NCBI GenBank assembly: GCA_963844155.1
Contig: CAWJMY010000001.1
Coordinates: 692,200-756,199 of the forward strand
Source: an uncultured Solirubrobacteraceae bacterium
GTDB taxonomy: Bacteria > Actinomycetota > Thermoleophilia > Solirubrobacterales > Solirubrobacteraceae
DNA: 64,000 bases
Direction: 5' to 3'
Below the pieces are notes generated by a model. It did not search any database, had not been told where the DNA came from, and worked only from the letters and a program-made list of their open reading frames with translations. The translations under genes were made by a program, and so were the position numbers. How positions within the stretch are numbered: the stretch's first letter is position 1; every line of letters begins with the position of its first letter. Shown one piece after another: positions 52,978 through 63,896 of this stretch.

Positions 52978-55560
52978 TCAGGCCCCGAGGTGCGCGGTGC
53001 CGAACGAGCGCGTGCGCACGACGGGCTCGCCCGCGGCGTCCGAGGCCGCGAGGTCCACCTCCGCGACGACGGCCCAGTCGCGGTTGCCCTCCGGGTCCTC
53101 GACGACCTGCCGGGCCACCCAGACGCGGGCCCCGGGCTCCGCGTCCGCGGGCGCCTCGTCGACGAGCAGGAGCTCCGGGCCGCGCGCGTCGGCCCCGGTC
53201 CCGATGCGGTCGTGCTCGCTCCAGTAGGCCGCGAGGGCGTCCTCCCACGCGTCCGCGGTCATCACGGGGCGCACGGGCGGGTCGCTCAGCGCGCCCGCGG
53301 CGGCCTCGAGCGCGGCGAGCTCCTCCACCCGGTCGCCCGCGGCGAGCAGCACCCGCTGGAACATCGCGTTGCGGACCATGACCCGGAAGGCGCGCGCGTT
53401 GGCCGTGATGGGCCGCGGCGGCGGCGCGGGCGCGCCGGCGGCCAGGAGCTCCGCGGTCCGCGCGACGGCCTCGGGGTCCGTGAGGGCCTCCCACTCGTCG
53501 AGCAGGCTCGAGTCCGTCTGGCGGACGGTCTCGCCCAGCCACTCGACGAGGTCGTCGAGCTCGGGGGTCTTGACCTCGTCGGGGACGGTCTGGCGCAGGG
53601 CGCGGTAGGCGTTGGAGAGGTAGCGCAGGACCAGGCCCTCCGAGCGCGCGAGGCCGTAGTGGGCGACGAACTCCGTGAAGCTGCGGCCCCACTCGTGCAT
53701 GTCGCGCACGACGGACTTCGGCGAGAGGTCCGACTCGCGGACCCACGGGTGGGTCTCGCGGTAGGCGGTCAGCGCCGTGAGCAGCCCGTCCGCGAGCGGC
53801 CGGGGGTAGGTGACCTCCTCGAGCAGCTCCATGCGCTCCTCGTACTCGATGCCCTCGGCCTTCATCTCGGCGACGGCCTCGCCGCGCGCCTTGTTCGCCT
53901 GGGCCATGAGGACGGGGAACGGGTCGTCGAGGATCGCCTCGACGACCGAGACGACGTCGAGCGTGAAGGTCTCCTCGTGCGGGTCGAGGAGCTTGAACGC
54001 GACCTGCGCGAAGGAGGCGAGCGGCTGGTTGAGCGCGAAGTCGGCCTGCAGCGCCTCGGCCAGGCGCAGGGTGCGCCCGTCGCGGTCGGGCTCGGGCAGC
54101 CACTCCAGGACGCCCGCCTGCACGAGCTCGTCCCCGAGCGCCTGGGCCTGCTCGGAGAGCCGGCGGCGCCCGCGCTCGTCCTCGTGGTTCTCCTCCATGA
54201 GCGCCCGCATCGCCTCGACGGGATCCCGGGGCTGGTGGACGACGTTCAGGACCATCGCGTGGTCCACGCGCATCTTCGAGACGAGGGGCTCGGGCACCGC
54301 GTCGCGCAAGCGCTCGAACGTCTCCTCCGTCCAGCTCACCGCGCCCTCGACGGGCTTCTTGCCCTGGACCTTGCGGCGCTTCTTCGGGTCGTCCCCCGCC
54401 TTCTCGAGCGCCCGCGCCCGCTCGATCGCGTGCTCGGGCGCCTGCACGACGACGTGCCCGGAGGTGTCGAAGCCCGCGCGCCCCGCCCGGCCGGCGATCT
54501 GGTGGAACTCCCGCGCCTTGAGCAGCCGGTGGCGGGTGCCGTCGTACTTCGCGAGGCTCGTGAAGACGACGGTGCGGATCGGGACGTTGATGCCGACCCC
54601 GAGCGTGTCGGTCCCGCAGATGACCTTCAGCAGCCCCGTCTGCGCGAGCTGCTCGACCAGCCGCCGGTAGCGCGGGAGCATCCCCGCGTGGTGGACGCCG
54701 ATCCCGCCGCGCACGAGCTTCGAGAGCACGCGCCCGAAGCCCGAGGTGAAGCGGAACGCCCCGATCTCGTCCGCGATGGCGTCCCGTTCCTCGCGGGTGC
54801 AGAGCTTCGCGGAGAGCAGGGACTGCGCGCGCTCCAGCGCCGAGGCCTGGGTGAAGTGCACGACGTAGATCGGCGCCTGGTCCGTGGCCACGAGCTCCTC
54901 GAGCTGCTCGTGCAGCGGGGTGAGCGACCAGGACCAGCTCAGCGGGACGGGCCGCTCGGCGTCGTCGACGACGGCGGTCGCGCGGCCCGTGCGCTCCGTG
55001 AGGTCCTCCGCGATCCGCGCGACGTCCCCGAGGGTCGCGGACATGAGCAGGAACTGCGCGTCGGGGAGCGCGAGGAGCGGCACCTGCCAGGCCCAGCCGC
55101 GCTGGCCGTCGGCGTAGAAGTGGAACTCGTCCATGACGACCTGCCCCACGTCGGCGCCGGCGCCCTCGCGCAGGGCGATGTTCGCCAGGACCTCCGCCGT
55201 GCAGCAGATGATCGGGGCCTCCGGGTTCACGGAGGCGTCGCCCGTGAGCATCCCGACGTTCGCCGCCCCGAACGTCGCGCAGAGGGCGAAGAACTTCTCG
55301 GAGACGAGCGCCTTGATCGGCGCGGTGTAGAACGTCGTCAGGCCCTGGGCCAGCGCGGCGAAGTGCGCCGCGACCGCCACCATGGACTTGCCCGAGCCGG
55401 TCGGGGTCGCGAGCACGACGTTCGCGCCGTCGAAGAGCTCGATCGCGGCCTCCTCCTGGTGGGGGTAGAGCGCGAGGCCCTCCCCCTCCGCCCACGCGGT
55501 GAAGGCGTCGAGCAGCGCGTCGGGGGTGGGCTCGTCGGGGAGCGCGTCGAGCAGGGTCAT
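52978..55560 (-). CDS. Ski2-like DEAD/DEAH helicase with DUF3516
   Basis: PTGSGKS, DEFH, MSAT, HHAGMLP, GVGINVP, QIAGRAGR. Confidence 0.92.
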   Translation of the reverse strand: MTLLDALPDEPTPDALLDAFTAWAEGEGLALYPHQEEAAIELFDGANVVLATPTGSGKSMVAVAAHFAALAQGLTTFYTAPIKALVSEKFFALCATFGAANVGMLTGDASVNPEAPIICCTAEVLANIALREGAGADVGQVVMDEFHFYADGQRGWAWQVPLLALPDAQFLLMSATLGDVARIAEDLTERTGRATAVVDDAERPVPLSWSWSLTPLHEQLEELVATDQAPIYVVHFTQASALERAQSLLSAKLCTREERDAIADEIGAFRFTSGFGRVLSKLVRGGIGVHHAGMLPRYRRLVEQLAQTGLLKVICGTDTLGVGINVPIRTVVFTSLAKYDGTRHRLLKAREFHQIAGRAGRAGFDTSGHVVVQAPEHAIERARALEKAGDDPKKRRKVQGKKPVEGAVSWTEETFERLRDAVPEPLVSKMRVDHAMVLNVVHQPRDPVEAMRALMEENHEDERGRRRLSEQAQALGDELVQAGVLEWLPEPDRDGRTLRLAEALQADFALNQPLASFAQVAFKLLDPHEETFTLDVVSVVEAILDDPFPVLMAQANKARGEAVAEMKAEGIEYEERMELLEEVTYPRPLADGLLTALTAYRETHPWVRESDLSPKSVVRDMHEWGRSFTEFVAHYGLARSEGLVLRYLSNAYRALRQTVPDEVKTPELDDLVEWLGETVRQTDSSLLDEWEALTDPEAVARTAELLAAGAPAPPPRPITANARAFRVMVRNAMFQRVLLAAGDRVEELAALEAAAGALSDPPVRPVMTADAWEDALAAYWSEHDRIGTGADARGPELLLVDEAPADAEPGARVWVARQVVEDPEGNRDWAVVAEVDLAASDAAGEPVVRTRSFGTAHLGA

Positions 55561-55585
55561 CGGCTCCGAGGGACGCTAGTGCGCC

Positions 55586-55615
55586 CGCCGGGCCCCGCGG
55601 TCACGGGGCCCGGCG
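55586..55615 (-). terminator. Hairpin after phoA
   Basis: Perfect 12-bp stem cgccgggccccg / cggggcccggcg with a 6-nt loop. Confidence 0.55.
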
Positions 55616-55623
55616 CCGGAGCG

Positions 55624-57435
55624 CTACTTCACCGTCACGGCGTAGACCGCCGCGCGGCCCACGCCCTCGACCACGACGCGGTAGGTGCCCTTCTTGCCGC
55701 GGGCGTCGCGCAGCACCGCGGTCCCCGAGCCGCTCAGCGTCTTGGAGGCCACGGTCCGGGCGCCCTTCTTGAGCGACACCTTCAGCCCCTTCACGTTGAG
55801 CGCCGTGATCGCGACCGGCACCCCGGCCCTGCGGAGCTCCGCGAGCGTGACCCGCCGGACGACCGCGACGCCGAGGCGCGGGGTCTTGTCGGCCACGGGC
55901 GGCGGCGCCGGGGTCGTGGTGGTCGTGGTCACGGTGCTCGTCTTGACCGGCAGCGTGCTGGGCGTCTTGCCGTTCAGCAGGCTGAAGATGTCCGTCTCGT
56001 CGTTCGTCCCGACGACGTTCGCGGCCTGCGGGCCCGAGGCCCAGAGCGGCACCTGGGCACCCGTGTGGGTCTGGGAGCCGGCCGTCGTCTGCTTGTTGTC
56101 CGGCGTCGCCGTGCTGTTGAGCGTGCCGTCCCCCGTGTCCGCCGTCCCGTAGGCGACGCGGATCGGGGCGTTGTCGACCGTGCTGAGCGTCGCGAAGCTC
56201 GTCGTGGCCGGCAGGTCCGCGTCGGCGTAGGTCATCTGGGAGGAGTGCGCGTGGTCGGCGGTGACGATCACGAGCGTGTCCGGGTTGGCCGCTTGGAAGG
56301 CGAGCGCCCGGCCGACCGCGTCGTCGAAGGCGACGGTCTCGCCGATCTGCCCGCAGACGTCGGCCGCGTGGTCGCGCTTGTCGATCGAGGCGCCCTCGAC
56401 CTGGAGCGTGAAGCCCTTCGGGTTCCCCTTGAGCAGGTCGATCGCCTTCTGGGTCATGTCGGCCAGGGAGGGCTGGCCCGCCGGGCGGTTGCCCGTCACG
56501 CACTTGGAGCCGTCCGTCGGGTCGCCGCCCTGGACGGCCGTGTCGATGGGCGCGTTGCCCGGGTTGGCCAGGTACGCCTTCGTGCGGGCGTAGAGCGGCT
56601 TGTACTCCTGGGTCATGTTGCCGCCCGAGAAGAGCCCGAGCACCTTCTTGCCGCCGAGCGCCGTGATGCCGTCGAGGCCCGCCTTGTCCGTCACGTACTG
56701 GTAGCCCTTCGTCTTGGCGTAGTCCACGACGTTCGTCGTGCCGCCGGCGGCCAGGGGCTGCTCGTAGCGGTTGCGCCCGCCGCCGAGGACGACGTCGAAG
56801 CCCTCGTCGGCCTGCTGCTCGGCGATGGAGCCGAGCCCGCCGGGCTTGGCCTCGGTCGGGCAGGTCGTCCGGGTGTCGGCCGGGCCCTGGCAGGCGCGCT
56901 GGGAGATGTGCGAGCTCGGCGCGGCGGGCGTGGCGTCGGTGATCTCCGCCGTGGAGACGTTGCCCGTGGCGCGCCCCGCGTCGCGGGCGAGCTCCATGTA
57001 GGTCTTGTAGTCCGCGTTGGGCCCGGGGACGTTGCTCGCGGAGGACGGGCCCTGGGAGAGGCGGCCGTCCTGGGTGCGCTTGCCCGTCGACCAGGCCGTG
57101 GCCGTCGGGGCGGAGTCGCCGACGTAGTTCGGCGGGTACGGCGCGCCGGGCGCGGGCTTGAGGACGTAGTGGATCGAGCTGCCGCGGAAGGTGAGCTTGT
57201 CCATGTTCAGGCGGCCCGCGGCGCCCTTGGCGTAGTAGCGCGCGAGGGTCACCTCGCTGTCGCCCATGCCGTCCCCGACCAGCAGGATGACGTTCTTCGG
57301 CTTGGCCGGATCGATCTTGGCGGCCAGGGCGGCCGACTGGTCGTCGTTGCCGGCGGCGCCGACGGCGACGCCCGTGGCGGCGAGCGTGCCGCCGACGGCG
57401 AGGAGCGCGAGCGCTCCGTTCCTGCTGAGGGTCAT
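55624..57435 (-). CDS. phoA: Alkaline phosphatase with C-terminal extension
   Basis: KNVILLVGDGMG, DSA catalytic Ser, DATPA, EGASIDKRDH, TADHAH, THTG. Confidence 0.92.
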   Translation of the reverse strand: MTLSRNGALALLAVGGTLAATGVAVGAAGNDDQSAALAAKIDPAKPKNVILLVGDGMGDSEVTLARYYAKGAAGRLNMDKLTFRGSSIHYVLKPAPGAPYPPNYVGDSAPTATAWSTGKRTQDGRLSQGPSSASNVPGPNADYKTYMELARDAGRATGNVSTAEITDATPAAPSSHISQRACQGPADTRTTCPTEAKPGGLGSIAEQQADEGFDVVLGGGRNRYEQPLAAGGTTNVVDYAKTKGYQYVTDKAGLDGITALGGKKVLGLFSGGNMTQEYKPLYARTKAYLANPGNAPIDTAVQGGDPTDGSKCVTGNRPAGQPSLADMTQKAIDLLKGNPKGFTLQVEGASIDKRDHAADVCGQIGETVAFDDAVGRALAFQAANPDTLVIVTADHAHSSQMTYADADLPATTSFATLSTVDNAPIRVAYGTADTGDGTLNSTATPDNKQTTAGSQTHTGAQVPLWASGPQAANVVGTNDETDIFSLLNGKTPSTLPVKTSTVTTTTTTPAPPPVADKTPRLGVAVVRRVTLAELRRAGVPVAITALNVKGLKVSLKKGARTVASKTLSGSGTAVLRDARGKKGTYRVVVEGVGRAAVYAVTVK

Positions 57436-57494
57436 GGGGTCTCCAGGGGGGTTGGCGGTGCGCGGCGATCCTGCACCGCGAGGCGCCGGGCGAT

Positions 57495-57533
57495 GTGAAC
57501 GGACGGTCAGCGGCCTGTGACCAGGCCGTGAAG
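57495..57533 (-). promoter_or_regulatory. PHO box, four 11-bp-spaced direct repeats upstream of phoA
   Basis: + strand GTGAAC 57495, GTCAGC 57506, GTGACC 57517, GTGAAG 57528, i.e. GTTCAC-like units as in Streptomyces PhoP boxes. Confidence 0.8.
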
Positions 57534-57535
57534 CC

Positions 57536-58351
57536 TCAGGGCGGCGGCGGGGGCAGGAGCGAGCGCAGGAGGCGGCCGCCCGCCAGGTAGCGCGCGAGCC
57601 GGCCGGGGGCGAGCCGCTCGACGGGGATGACGCCCTTGGCGATCTGCTGCTCCCCGATCTCGTCCTCCGTGATGACCACGCTGCGCGGATCGCCCTCGGT
57701 GGGGCGGCCGAAGCGCGCCTCCATCCGCCGGATCGCCCCGTAGAGCTGCCCCTTGTAGCGGGGGGACGTGCAGATGAGGAGCTTCAGGCCGGCCGGGGCA
57801 TCCTGGCCGGCCACGACGCCGACGCCGAGGGTCGTGGAGCGGCCGAGCTGGAGGACCGTCTCGGCCGCCGCGTCGCCGAGGCAGGCCTGGACGGCGCCGG
57901 GTGAGGTCGCCTGGATGACGTTGTCGGTGGGCGCGGCGTCGGTCAGGAGCCGCCGCAGCGCGGCCGGGCCGCCGCGCACCTCGCGCGGGGCCCCCGGGGC
58001 CGTGCCGCGCACGACCGTCGCGCCCCCGACGCGCACGGCGACCGTCCGCGGGCCCGGCGAAGGGCCACGCAGGACCGCCCGGGTCACGGCGCGGGCCTCG
58101 CCGGCGGGGAGGAGCGCCGCGAGCGCCTCGGCGTCGACGTAGCCCAGGCGCCTCCGGGCGGCGGGCCCGTCGGCGATCGTGGCCAGGAGGCCGGCCGCCC
58201 GTGGCGCGGGCGCCTGGCGGGTGAGCTCCTGCGCCACCGGGCGGGCCCCGGTGACCGGCTCCTCGGCGGGGCCCTTCCCGCCGCAGGCCGCGAGGCCCGC
58301 CGCCGCCGCGAGGGCCAGCCCGGCGCCCGCGGCCCGTCGCCCGCTGCTCAT
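57536..58351 (-). CDS. Hypothetical lipoprotein
   Basis: MSSGRRAAGAGLALAAAAGLAAC lipobox; start overlaps the upstream stop. Confidence 0.65.
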   Translation of the reverse strand: MSSGRRAAGAGLALAAAAGLAACGGKGPAEEPVTGARPVAQELTRQAPAPRAAGLLATIADGPAARRRLGYVDAEALAALLPAGEARAVTRAVLRGPSPGPRTVAVRVGGATVVRGTAPGAPREVRGGPAALRRLLTDAAPTDNVIQATSPGAVQACLGDAAAETVLQLGRSTTLGVGVVAGQDAPAGLKLLICTSPRYKGQLYGAIRRMEARFGRPTEGDPRSVVITEDEIGEQQIAKGVIPVERLAPGRLARYLAGGRLLRSLLPPPPP

Positions 58352-58680
58352 CCCGCCTGCTCGAGGACCTGCGGCACCGCGGCCAGCTGCAGGGGCTGGC
58401 CGCACTTCCAGCAGAACGCGGCGCCGCGGGAGTGGTCCGCGCCGCACGAGCGGCAGTGGCCCGCGACGCCGTCCTGCGCCGCGGCCAGGAGCCGCTCGGC
58501 CTCGCCGAGCTCCGCGTCGACCTCCTGCAGGACGGCCGCACGGCGCACCAGGACGTCAAGACGGAAGTGGTCCCGGATCGCCATCTCGTAGGTCAGGCCG
58601 CCGAGGTCCCAGGTCAGCTCGGCGACCCGCTCGGCGAGCTCGTCGCGGCGGCGGCGCAGCTCGGGCAGCTCCGCGGCCAT
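58348..58680 (-). CDS. Coiled-coil plus zinc-ribbon protein
   Basis: CRSCG...FCWKCG. Confidence 0.75.
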   Translation of the reverse strand: MAAELPELRRRRDELAERVAELTWDLGGLTYEMAIRDHFRLDVLVRRAAVLQEVDAELGEAERLLAAAQDGVAGHCRSCGADHSRGAAFCWKCGQPLQLAAVPQVLEQAG

Positions 58681-59324
58681 CAGCCGATCTCCTCGAAGGA
58701 GCCGCCGCCGGCCGCGGGCTTGTTGTCCTTCTTGGGGGGCTTGCCGCCGACGGCGATCTTCTTGCCGAGCTTGTCCGCGGCCTTCACCGCGGCCGCCCCC
58801 GTGAGCTTGTCGAGGTTCTTGACGGCGGAGTTCGTCGCTCGCGTCGGCTCCTTCGAGCTCGACGTCGCCTTGGAGGAGGAGGAGTCCTTCGAGGAGGAGC
58901 CGCTCGAGGCGTCATCCGAGGCGCTGGCGTCCTCCGCGGGGTCCGGGGTCGTCGGGGTCGCGGCCACGGGCGCCGCCGCGCCGCCCTCCAGCCGGATGAC
59001 CTGGGTCGCGGGGGCGGCGGCGGCCTGCGGCGCGTCGCCGCCGAGCCCCGCGCCGATGAGGACGCCGACCACGAGGGTGAGCAGCAGGACCGCGACGCCC
59101 GCCAGGACGCCTGCGTTCGCCCGGAGGCGGTCCCCCAGGGTCGGGGGCCCGGCGGGGAGGAAGCCCGCTCCACGCGGCATGGGCGCGCCGTAGGGCACGA
59201 GGGTCGCCTCCCCGGGCTTGAGCGCGTCGAGGAAGGGCAGCCGCGCGTCGGCGCCGCGGGCGCCGCAGGTCAGGCAGTAGCGCTGGTCGGCGGCCATGGG
59301 GCTGCCGCAGGAGGCGCAGGTCAT
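58680..59324 (-). CDS. Zinc-ribbon, single-TM protein with low-complexity tail
   Basis: MTCASCG...YCLTCG; TM segment; Ser/Lys-rich C-terminus. Confidence 0.7.
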   Translation of the reverse strand: MTCASCGSPMAADQRYCLTCGARGADARLPFLDALKPGEATLVPYGAPMPRGAGFLPAGPPTLGDRLRANAGVLAGVAVLLLTLVVGVLIGAGLGGDAPQAAAAPATQVIRLEGGAAAPVAATPTTPDPAEDASASDDASSGSSSKDSSSSKATSSSKEPTRATNSAVKNLDKLTGAAAVKAADKLGKKIAVGGKPPKKDNKPAAGGGSFEEIG

Positions 59325-60074
59325 GGGGTCGTGGCTCCTTCGGGGGTGAAGGTCGTGGGAACGGGAAGCGTCTCGAGCTCGCCGCCGCGGGGGTCCTTGC
59401 CGGCGAGGAGGATGCGGAAGACGACGGGCTTGGGCGTCGGGTCGGGGTTCAGGCGGTCGATGAGCGCGCGGCCGACCGCGATGATCTTGCCGCCCTTGCG
59501 CACGACGCCGTAGATCGGGAGGTTGATCTGCGGGATCTTCGAGCGGTTGCGGACGACCCCCTTGATGAAGGTGCCGGACTCGTCCGTCTCGAGCTGCTCG
59601 CCCTCGAGCGTGATCCGCGGGACGGGCCCGGCCGGGGCCGGGGCCTTCGCCTTGCCGACCTTCACCACCGCCCTGCGGCCCGCCGAGCCGAGGACCTGGT
59701 CGTTGACCCAGATGGCCTTGCCGCCCTTGGGCAGGTAGGCCAGCTGCTGCAAGGAGGGCTGCAGCCCGTCGAGGTCGTTCTTGTAGGTCGAGGTGCCCTT
59801 GGCGTCGAGGACGTCGACCTGGATCGGAACGGCGACCTGGTCTGCGGTGGCAGATGCTCTTCAGCTCGACGTAGAGCGCGGTGGTGTCCGCGCCCCGGAT
59901 GAGCTTCTTGTGGAGCACCTCGACGTCCGGGTTGGCCGCGCCCGCGGTGATGCTCTTGGTGACGGCGGCCTTCGCGCCCGTCTTGGCCAGGCGCGCGCTC
60001 GTGGTCTGCGAGCTCTCGCAGGCGCCGAGCGCCACGGGTGCCGCGAGGGCGAGGGTGAGCGCCGCGCGCCGCAC
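59321..60074 (-). CDS. Hypothetical lipoprotein (frameshift near 59850)
   Basis: VRRAALTLALAAPVALGAC lipobox; continues into ORF 59321..59752. Confidence 0.65.
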
Positions 60075-60075
60075 G

Positions 60076-61019
60076 TCAGCCGAACGCCCCGCGCACGTAG
60101 TCGCGCGTGCGCTGCGCACGCGGGCGCCTCGAAGACCTGCTCCGTCGGCCCGTACTCGACGAGGTCGCCGAGGTACATGAAGGCGACGTGGTCGCCGACG
60201 CGATGGGCCTGCTGGAGGTTGTGGGTGACGATGACGACCGCGAGGTCCTGGCGCAGCTCGCCGATGAGCTGCTCGATGACCTCCGTCGAGCGCGGGTCCA
60301 GCGCGGAGCAGGGCTCGTCCATGAGCAGCACCTCGGGGCGCGTGGCGATCGCGCGGGCGATGCACAGCCGCTGCTGCTGGCCGCCCGAGAGGCGCAGGGC
60401 GGGGCGGTCGAGGTCGTCCTTGACCTCGTCGTAGAGGCCCGCGCGCTGCAGCGCGTCGACCACGTGCGGCTCGACGACCTTCTTGCCCGGCCGCTTCGTC
60501 GCCTGCTCGCGCAGGGCGTAGGCGACGTTGTCGAAGATCGACATGGGGAACGGGTTGGGCTGCTGGAAGACCATCGAGACGCGGCGGCGCAGCGCGGTGA
60601 CCTCGAGCTCGTCGACGTCCTGCCCGTCGAGCAGGATCCGGCCCTCGCGGGTCGCGGTCGGGGTGAGCTCCGTCAGCCGGTTGAGCGTGCGCAGCAGCGT
60701 CGTCTTGCCGCAGCCCGACGGGCCGATGAGCGCGAGGACCTCCCCCGCGCGGATGTCGAGCGAGACCGCCTTGACCGCGGGCTTGCCCGCGTAGGCGACC
60801 GTGAGCTCGTCGAGGACCATGCGCTCCTGGCCCGGCTCGTGGTGCACCGCGACGCGGTCCGCCCGCGTCGTCGCGTCGCCCGCGGGCGACGATGGTCGGC
60901 GGCTGGTCGAGCAGGATCCGCCGGACGGGGGGCGGCAGGTCGCGCGGATCGGGCTGGGCCGGCGCGTCGCGCTGGGTCGGGAGGTCGGTCACGGGTTCCA
61001 CGGGGGCCTCCTCAGGCAC
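60076..61019 (-). CDS. pstB: Phosphate ABC transporter ATPase (frameshifts near both ends)
   Basis: GPSGCGKT, VFQQPNPFPMSIFDNV, LSGGQQQRLCIARA, MDEPCSALDP. Confidence 0.9.
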
Positions 61020-62019
61020 CGAGCCGCTGCCCGTCGGCGCTCGTGCTCGAGCCGCGGCGGGCGATCAGGTCGACGGTGAAGTTCAGGACGATGACGATGA
61101 GCAGCAGCACGAAGGCCGCCGCGTAGGCCTTCTGCGGGGCGTTGCCCTCGCCGGCCGGCGAGTTGTTGTAGACGTAGGAGGTGAGCGTCGAGCCCGTCCC
61201 CTTGAGGACGTTCGCGCCGGGGACGCCGCCCTCGGGCTCGAGCTGCAGGGTCGCGCCGAGCAGGACGATGACGATCGCGGTGTCGCCCGCGATGCGGCCC
61301 ATCCCGAGCGCGGCGCCCGTGGAGATGTTCGAGCGGACGCTCGGCAGCAGGACGCGGCGGATCGTGGCGATCTTCGTCTTGCCCAGGCCGTAGGAGGCCT
61401 CGCGGACGTGGCCCGGGACCTGCTGCAGGCCCTCGCGGGTGGCGCCGAAGACCAGCGGGAGCGCGATGAAGCACATCATCAGCGCCGGCGTTGACGAACG
61501 AGCGGCCGAAGACGCCGCCCGCGTCGGAGCGGAAGGAGAGCAGGGCGAAGAGGTCGTGCTGGAAGAGCGCGAGGCCGAAGATCGCGATGACGATCGACGG
61601 GGTGCCCGCGATCGACCTCGATCGCCGACTCGACGATCCGCGCCAGCCAGCGTGGGCGCCCGTACTCGACGAGCCAGAGCGCGGAGATGACCGCCAGCGG
61701 CGTGGCCACCACGATGCCGATGACCGTCAGCAGCACCGTGCCGACGATCGGGTCGAGGAACCCGCCCGAGCCGTCCTGCTTGAGGCTGGCCACGGGCGAG
61801 GAGGTGATGAGGTCCAGGTTGAGGTAGCGGATGCCCTGGACGGCCATGTAGAGCACGATCGTCGCGGCGACGGCGCAGAGCAGCAGCCCCGCCGCCCAGC
61901 AGGCCACGAAGGCGACCTGGTCGGTCAGGCGCCAGCCGCGCACGGACTCCTTGACGGGCTTGCGCGGCTTGGGGCGGCGTCGCGCTCCCGGCGCGGGTGG
62001 GCAGCGGCGCGATGGCCAT
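61012..62019 (-). CDS. pstA: Phosphate ABC transporter permease (frameshifted)
   Basis: REASYGLG, GRIAGDTA; position in the operon. Confidence 0.85.
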   Translation of the reverse strand: MAIAPLPTRAGSATPPQAAQARQGVRARLAPDRPGRLRGLLGGGAAALRRRRDDRALHGRPGHPLPQPGPHHLLARGQPQAGRLGRVPRPDRRHGAADGHRHRGGHAAGGHLRALARRVRAPTLAGADRRVGDRGRSRAPRRSSSRSSASRSSSTTSSPCSPSAPTRAASSAARSSTPALMMCFIALPLVFGATREGLQQVPGHVREASYGLGKTKIATIRRVLLPSVRSNISTGAALGMGRIAGDTAIVIVLLGATLQLEPEGGVPGANVLKGTGSTLTSYVYNNSPAGEGNAPQKAYAAAFVLLLIVIVLNFTVDLIARRGSSTSADGQRLGA

Positions 62020-63021
62020 CAGGCACGCACCCCGTAGCGCTTCATGGGCTGCTTGGCCAGGTAGCCGCCGACGGAGAGCATGAAGCTCGAGACCAGCAGG
62101 ACCAGGGCGAAGGCGTAGACGCTCGAGCGGACCGCGGGCGCGTTGAGCGACTCGACGTTCTCGGCGATCGTCGCCGCCGAGCGGCCGCAGCGGCTCGAAG
62201 AAGAACGAGAAGCCGTCGAGCGGGTTGGGCTTGAAGCCCCGCGAGCCCGAGACCATCGAGAGCATGATCGCCTCGCCGAGCGCGCGGGCCGTCGCCAGGA
62301 CGGCCGCGGCGATGATCGCGGGCCGGCAGGCGCGGACGGAGATCGTCCACATCGCGCGCCAGCGGTTGACCCCGAGCGCGACGGCGCCCTCGCGCCAGCC
62401 CTTGGGGACCGCGTAGAGCGCGTCGGTGATGATCGCGATCATGATCGGCGTGATCATCAGCGTGAGGATCACGCGTCGCGACCATGACGTCCGTGCCCCG
62501 TGAGCTGCACGACGTACTGGACGTCCGTCTTGCGCTGCTCGGAGATGAGGTTGTCCGCGACGAACTTCGCGACGACGAGGATGCCGAGCAGCCCGTAGAT
62601 CACCGACGGGACGGCGGCCAGGAGCCGCACGACCGGGACGATCACGCGCCGCAGGCGCGGCGGCGCAGAACTCGACGATGAAGATGGAGGCGAGGAGCGG
62701 CGAACGTCGTGGCCAGCAGGACCGCGAACCCCGTCGTCAGCGACCGTCGCGTAGACGAGCGGCCAGGCGTGGATGCGGTAGTCGTCGCCCGTCGGCTTCA
62801 GGCCCGTGTTGACCTGGCGGGCGAGGTCGCGGTCGACGTCACCGCCGCCCGGCAGCAGCCAGCCGACGACGTGGTTGTGCTGGAGCGTCGGCCAGCGCCT
62901 CCGAGGTGACGAAGATCGCGATGAGCACGACGACGAGGCACAGGCCGACGGCCACCGCGCCGAGCGAACGCTCGGCGCGGCGGTCCGACCACGGCTCCCT
63001 GAGGGAGTCCAGGCGGGACAT
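62019..63021 (-). CDS. pstC: Phosphate ABC transporter permease (frameshifted)
   Basis: LLAAVPSVIYG, REGAVALG, ARALGEA. Confidence 0.85.
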
Positions 63022-63836
63022 CTAGGAGAGCGGGACCCAGCCCTTGGCGATGACGCGCTGCGCCCGCGACGCGGTCTGCACCCACTTGATGAACTTCGCC
63101 ACGCCGCCCCGCGGGTTGCCGCGGGTGACCATGTAGAAGGAGCGCACGCCGCCGTACTGGCCGGACTTCGCGTTGGCCAGGGTGCAGCCGACGCCCTGGT
63201 AGGCCGTCGGGTTGAGCCCGGCCGTGAAGTCGAACGACATGTAGCCGATGGCGTTCTTGTCGTCCTTGATCGTCTGCTGGACCAGGCCGTTGGAGGCCTT
63301 GGCCGCCGCGGTCGAGGAGGTCTTCTTCGAGCCCATGAAGATCTTGTCGAAGGCGTCCTGGGTGCCCGACGCGGGCGTGCGGGTGACGATGTCGATCGGG
63401 CCGGAGACCGTCGAGCCCGGGACGTCCTGCCAGTTGCGCACGGCGCCCGAGAAGATCGCCTGGACCTGGTCCTGGGTGAGGTTCTGGATCCGGTTGGCCG
63501 CGTTGGTGAGATGCAGAGCGCGTCCTTGGCGATCTTGTTGAAGACCACGCCGGAGTCCGAGGACTTCGGGTCGCGCGAGGAGTTGCCGATGGAGACCTTG
63601 CCCTGCGCGACGTCGGAGACGCCGACGTCCGAGCCGCCCTGGGCGAGCTTGAACTTGAGCTTGCCCTTGAGCCTGCGGTCCTTCAGGTAGGCCTTGGCGA
63701 GCTGGCCGTAGAGCGGCGCGACCGAGGTGGAGCCGCTGGCGGTGATGACGGGGACGGCCGAGGCGCTGGCCGGGATGCCGGCCGCGAGGACCGCCGCGGT
63801 GGTCAGGCCCAGGCCGAGGCGGCGGGAACGGGACAT
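63022..63836 (-). CDS. pstS: Phosphate-binding protein (frameshift near 63512)
   Basis: Signal peptide, SGSTSV, GGSDVG, SSR, RTPASGT, AIGY. Confidence 0.88.
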
Positions 63837-63896
63837 GTGGGAGTGCTCCTTGGGTTGCATGGAGCGGCCACTCTGGGGCCTGCGCCGCCGCCCGCC

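Noticed and set aside
52849-57498. 1549-aa plus-strand ORF
   Set aside because: It is the antisense shadow of the helicase and phoA genes.
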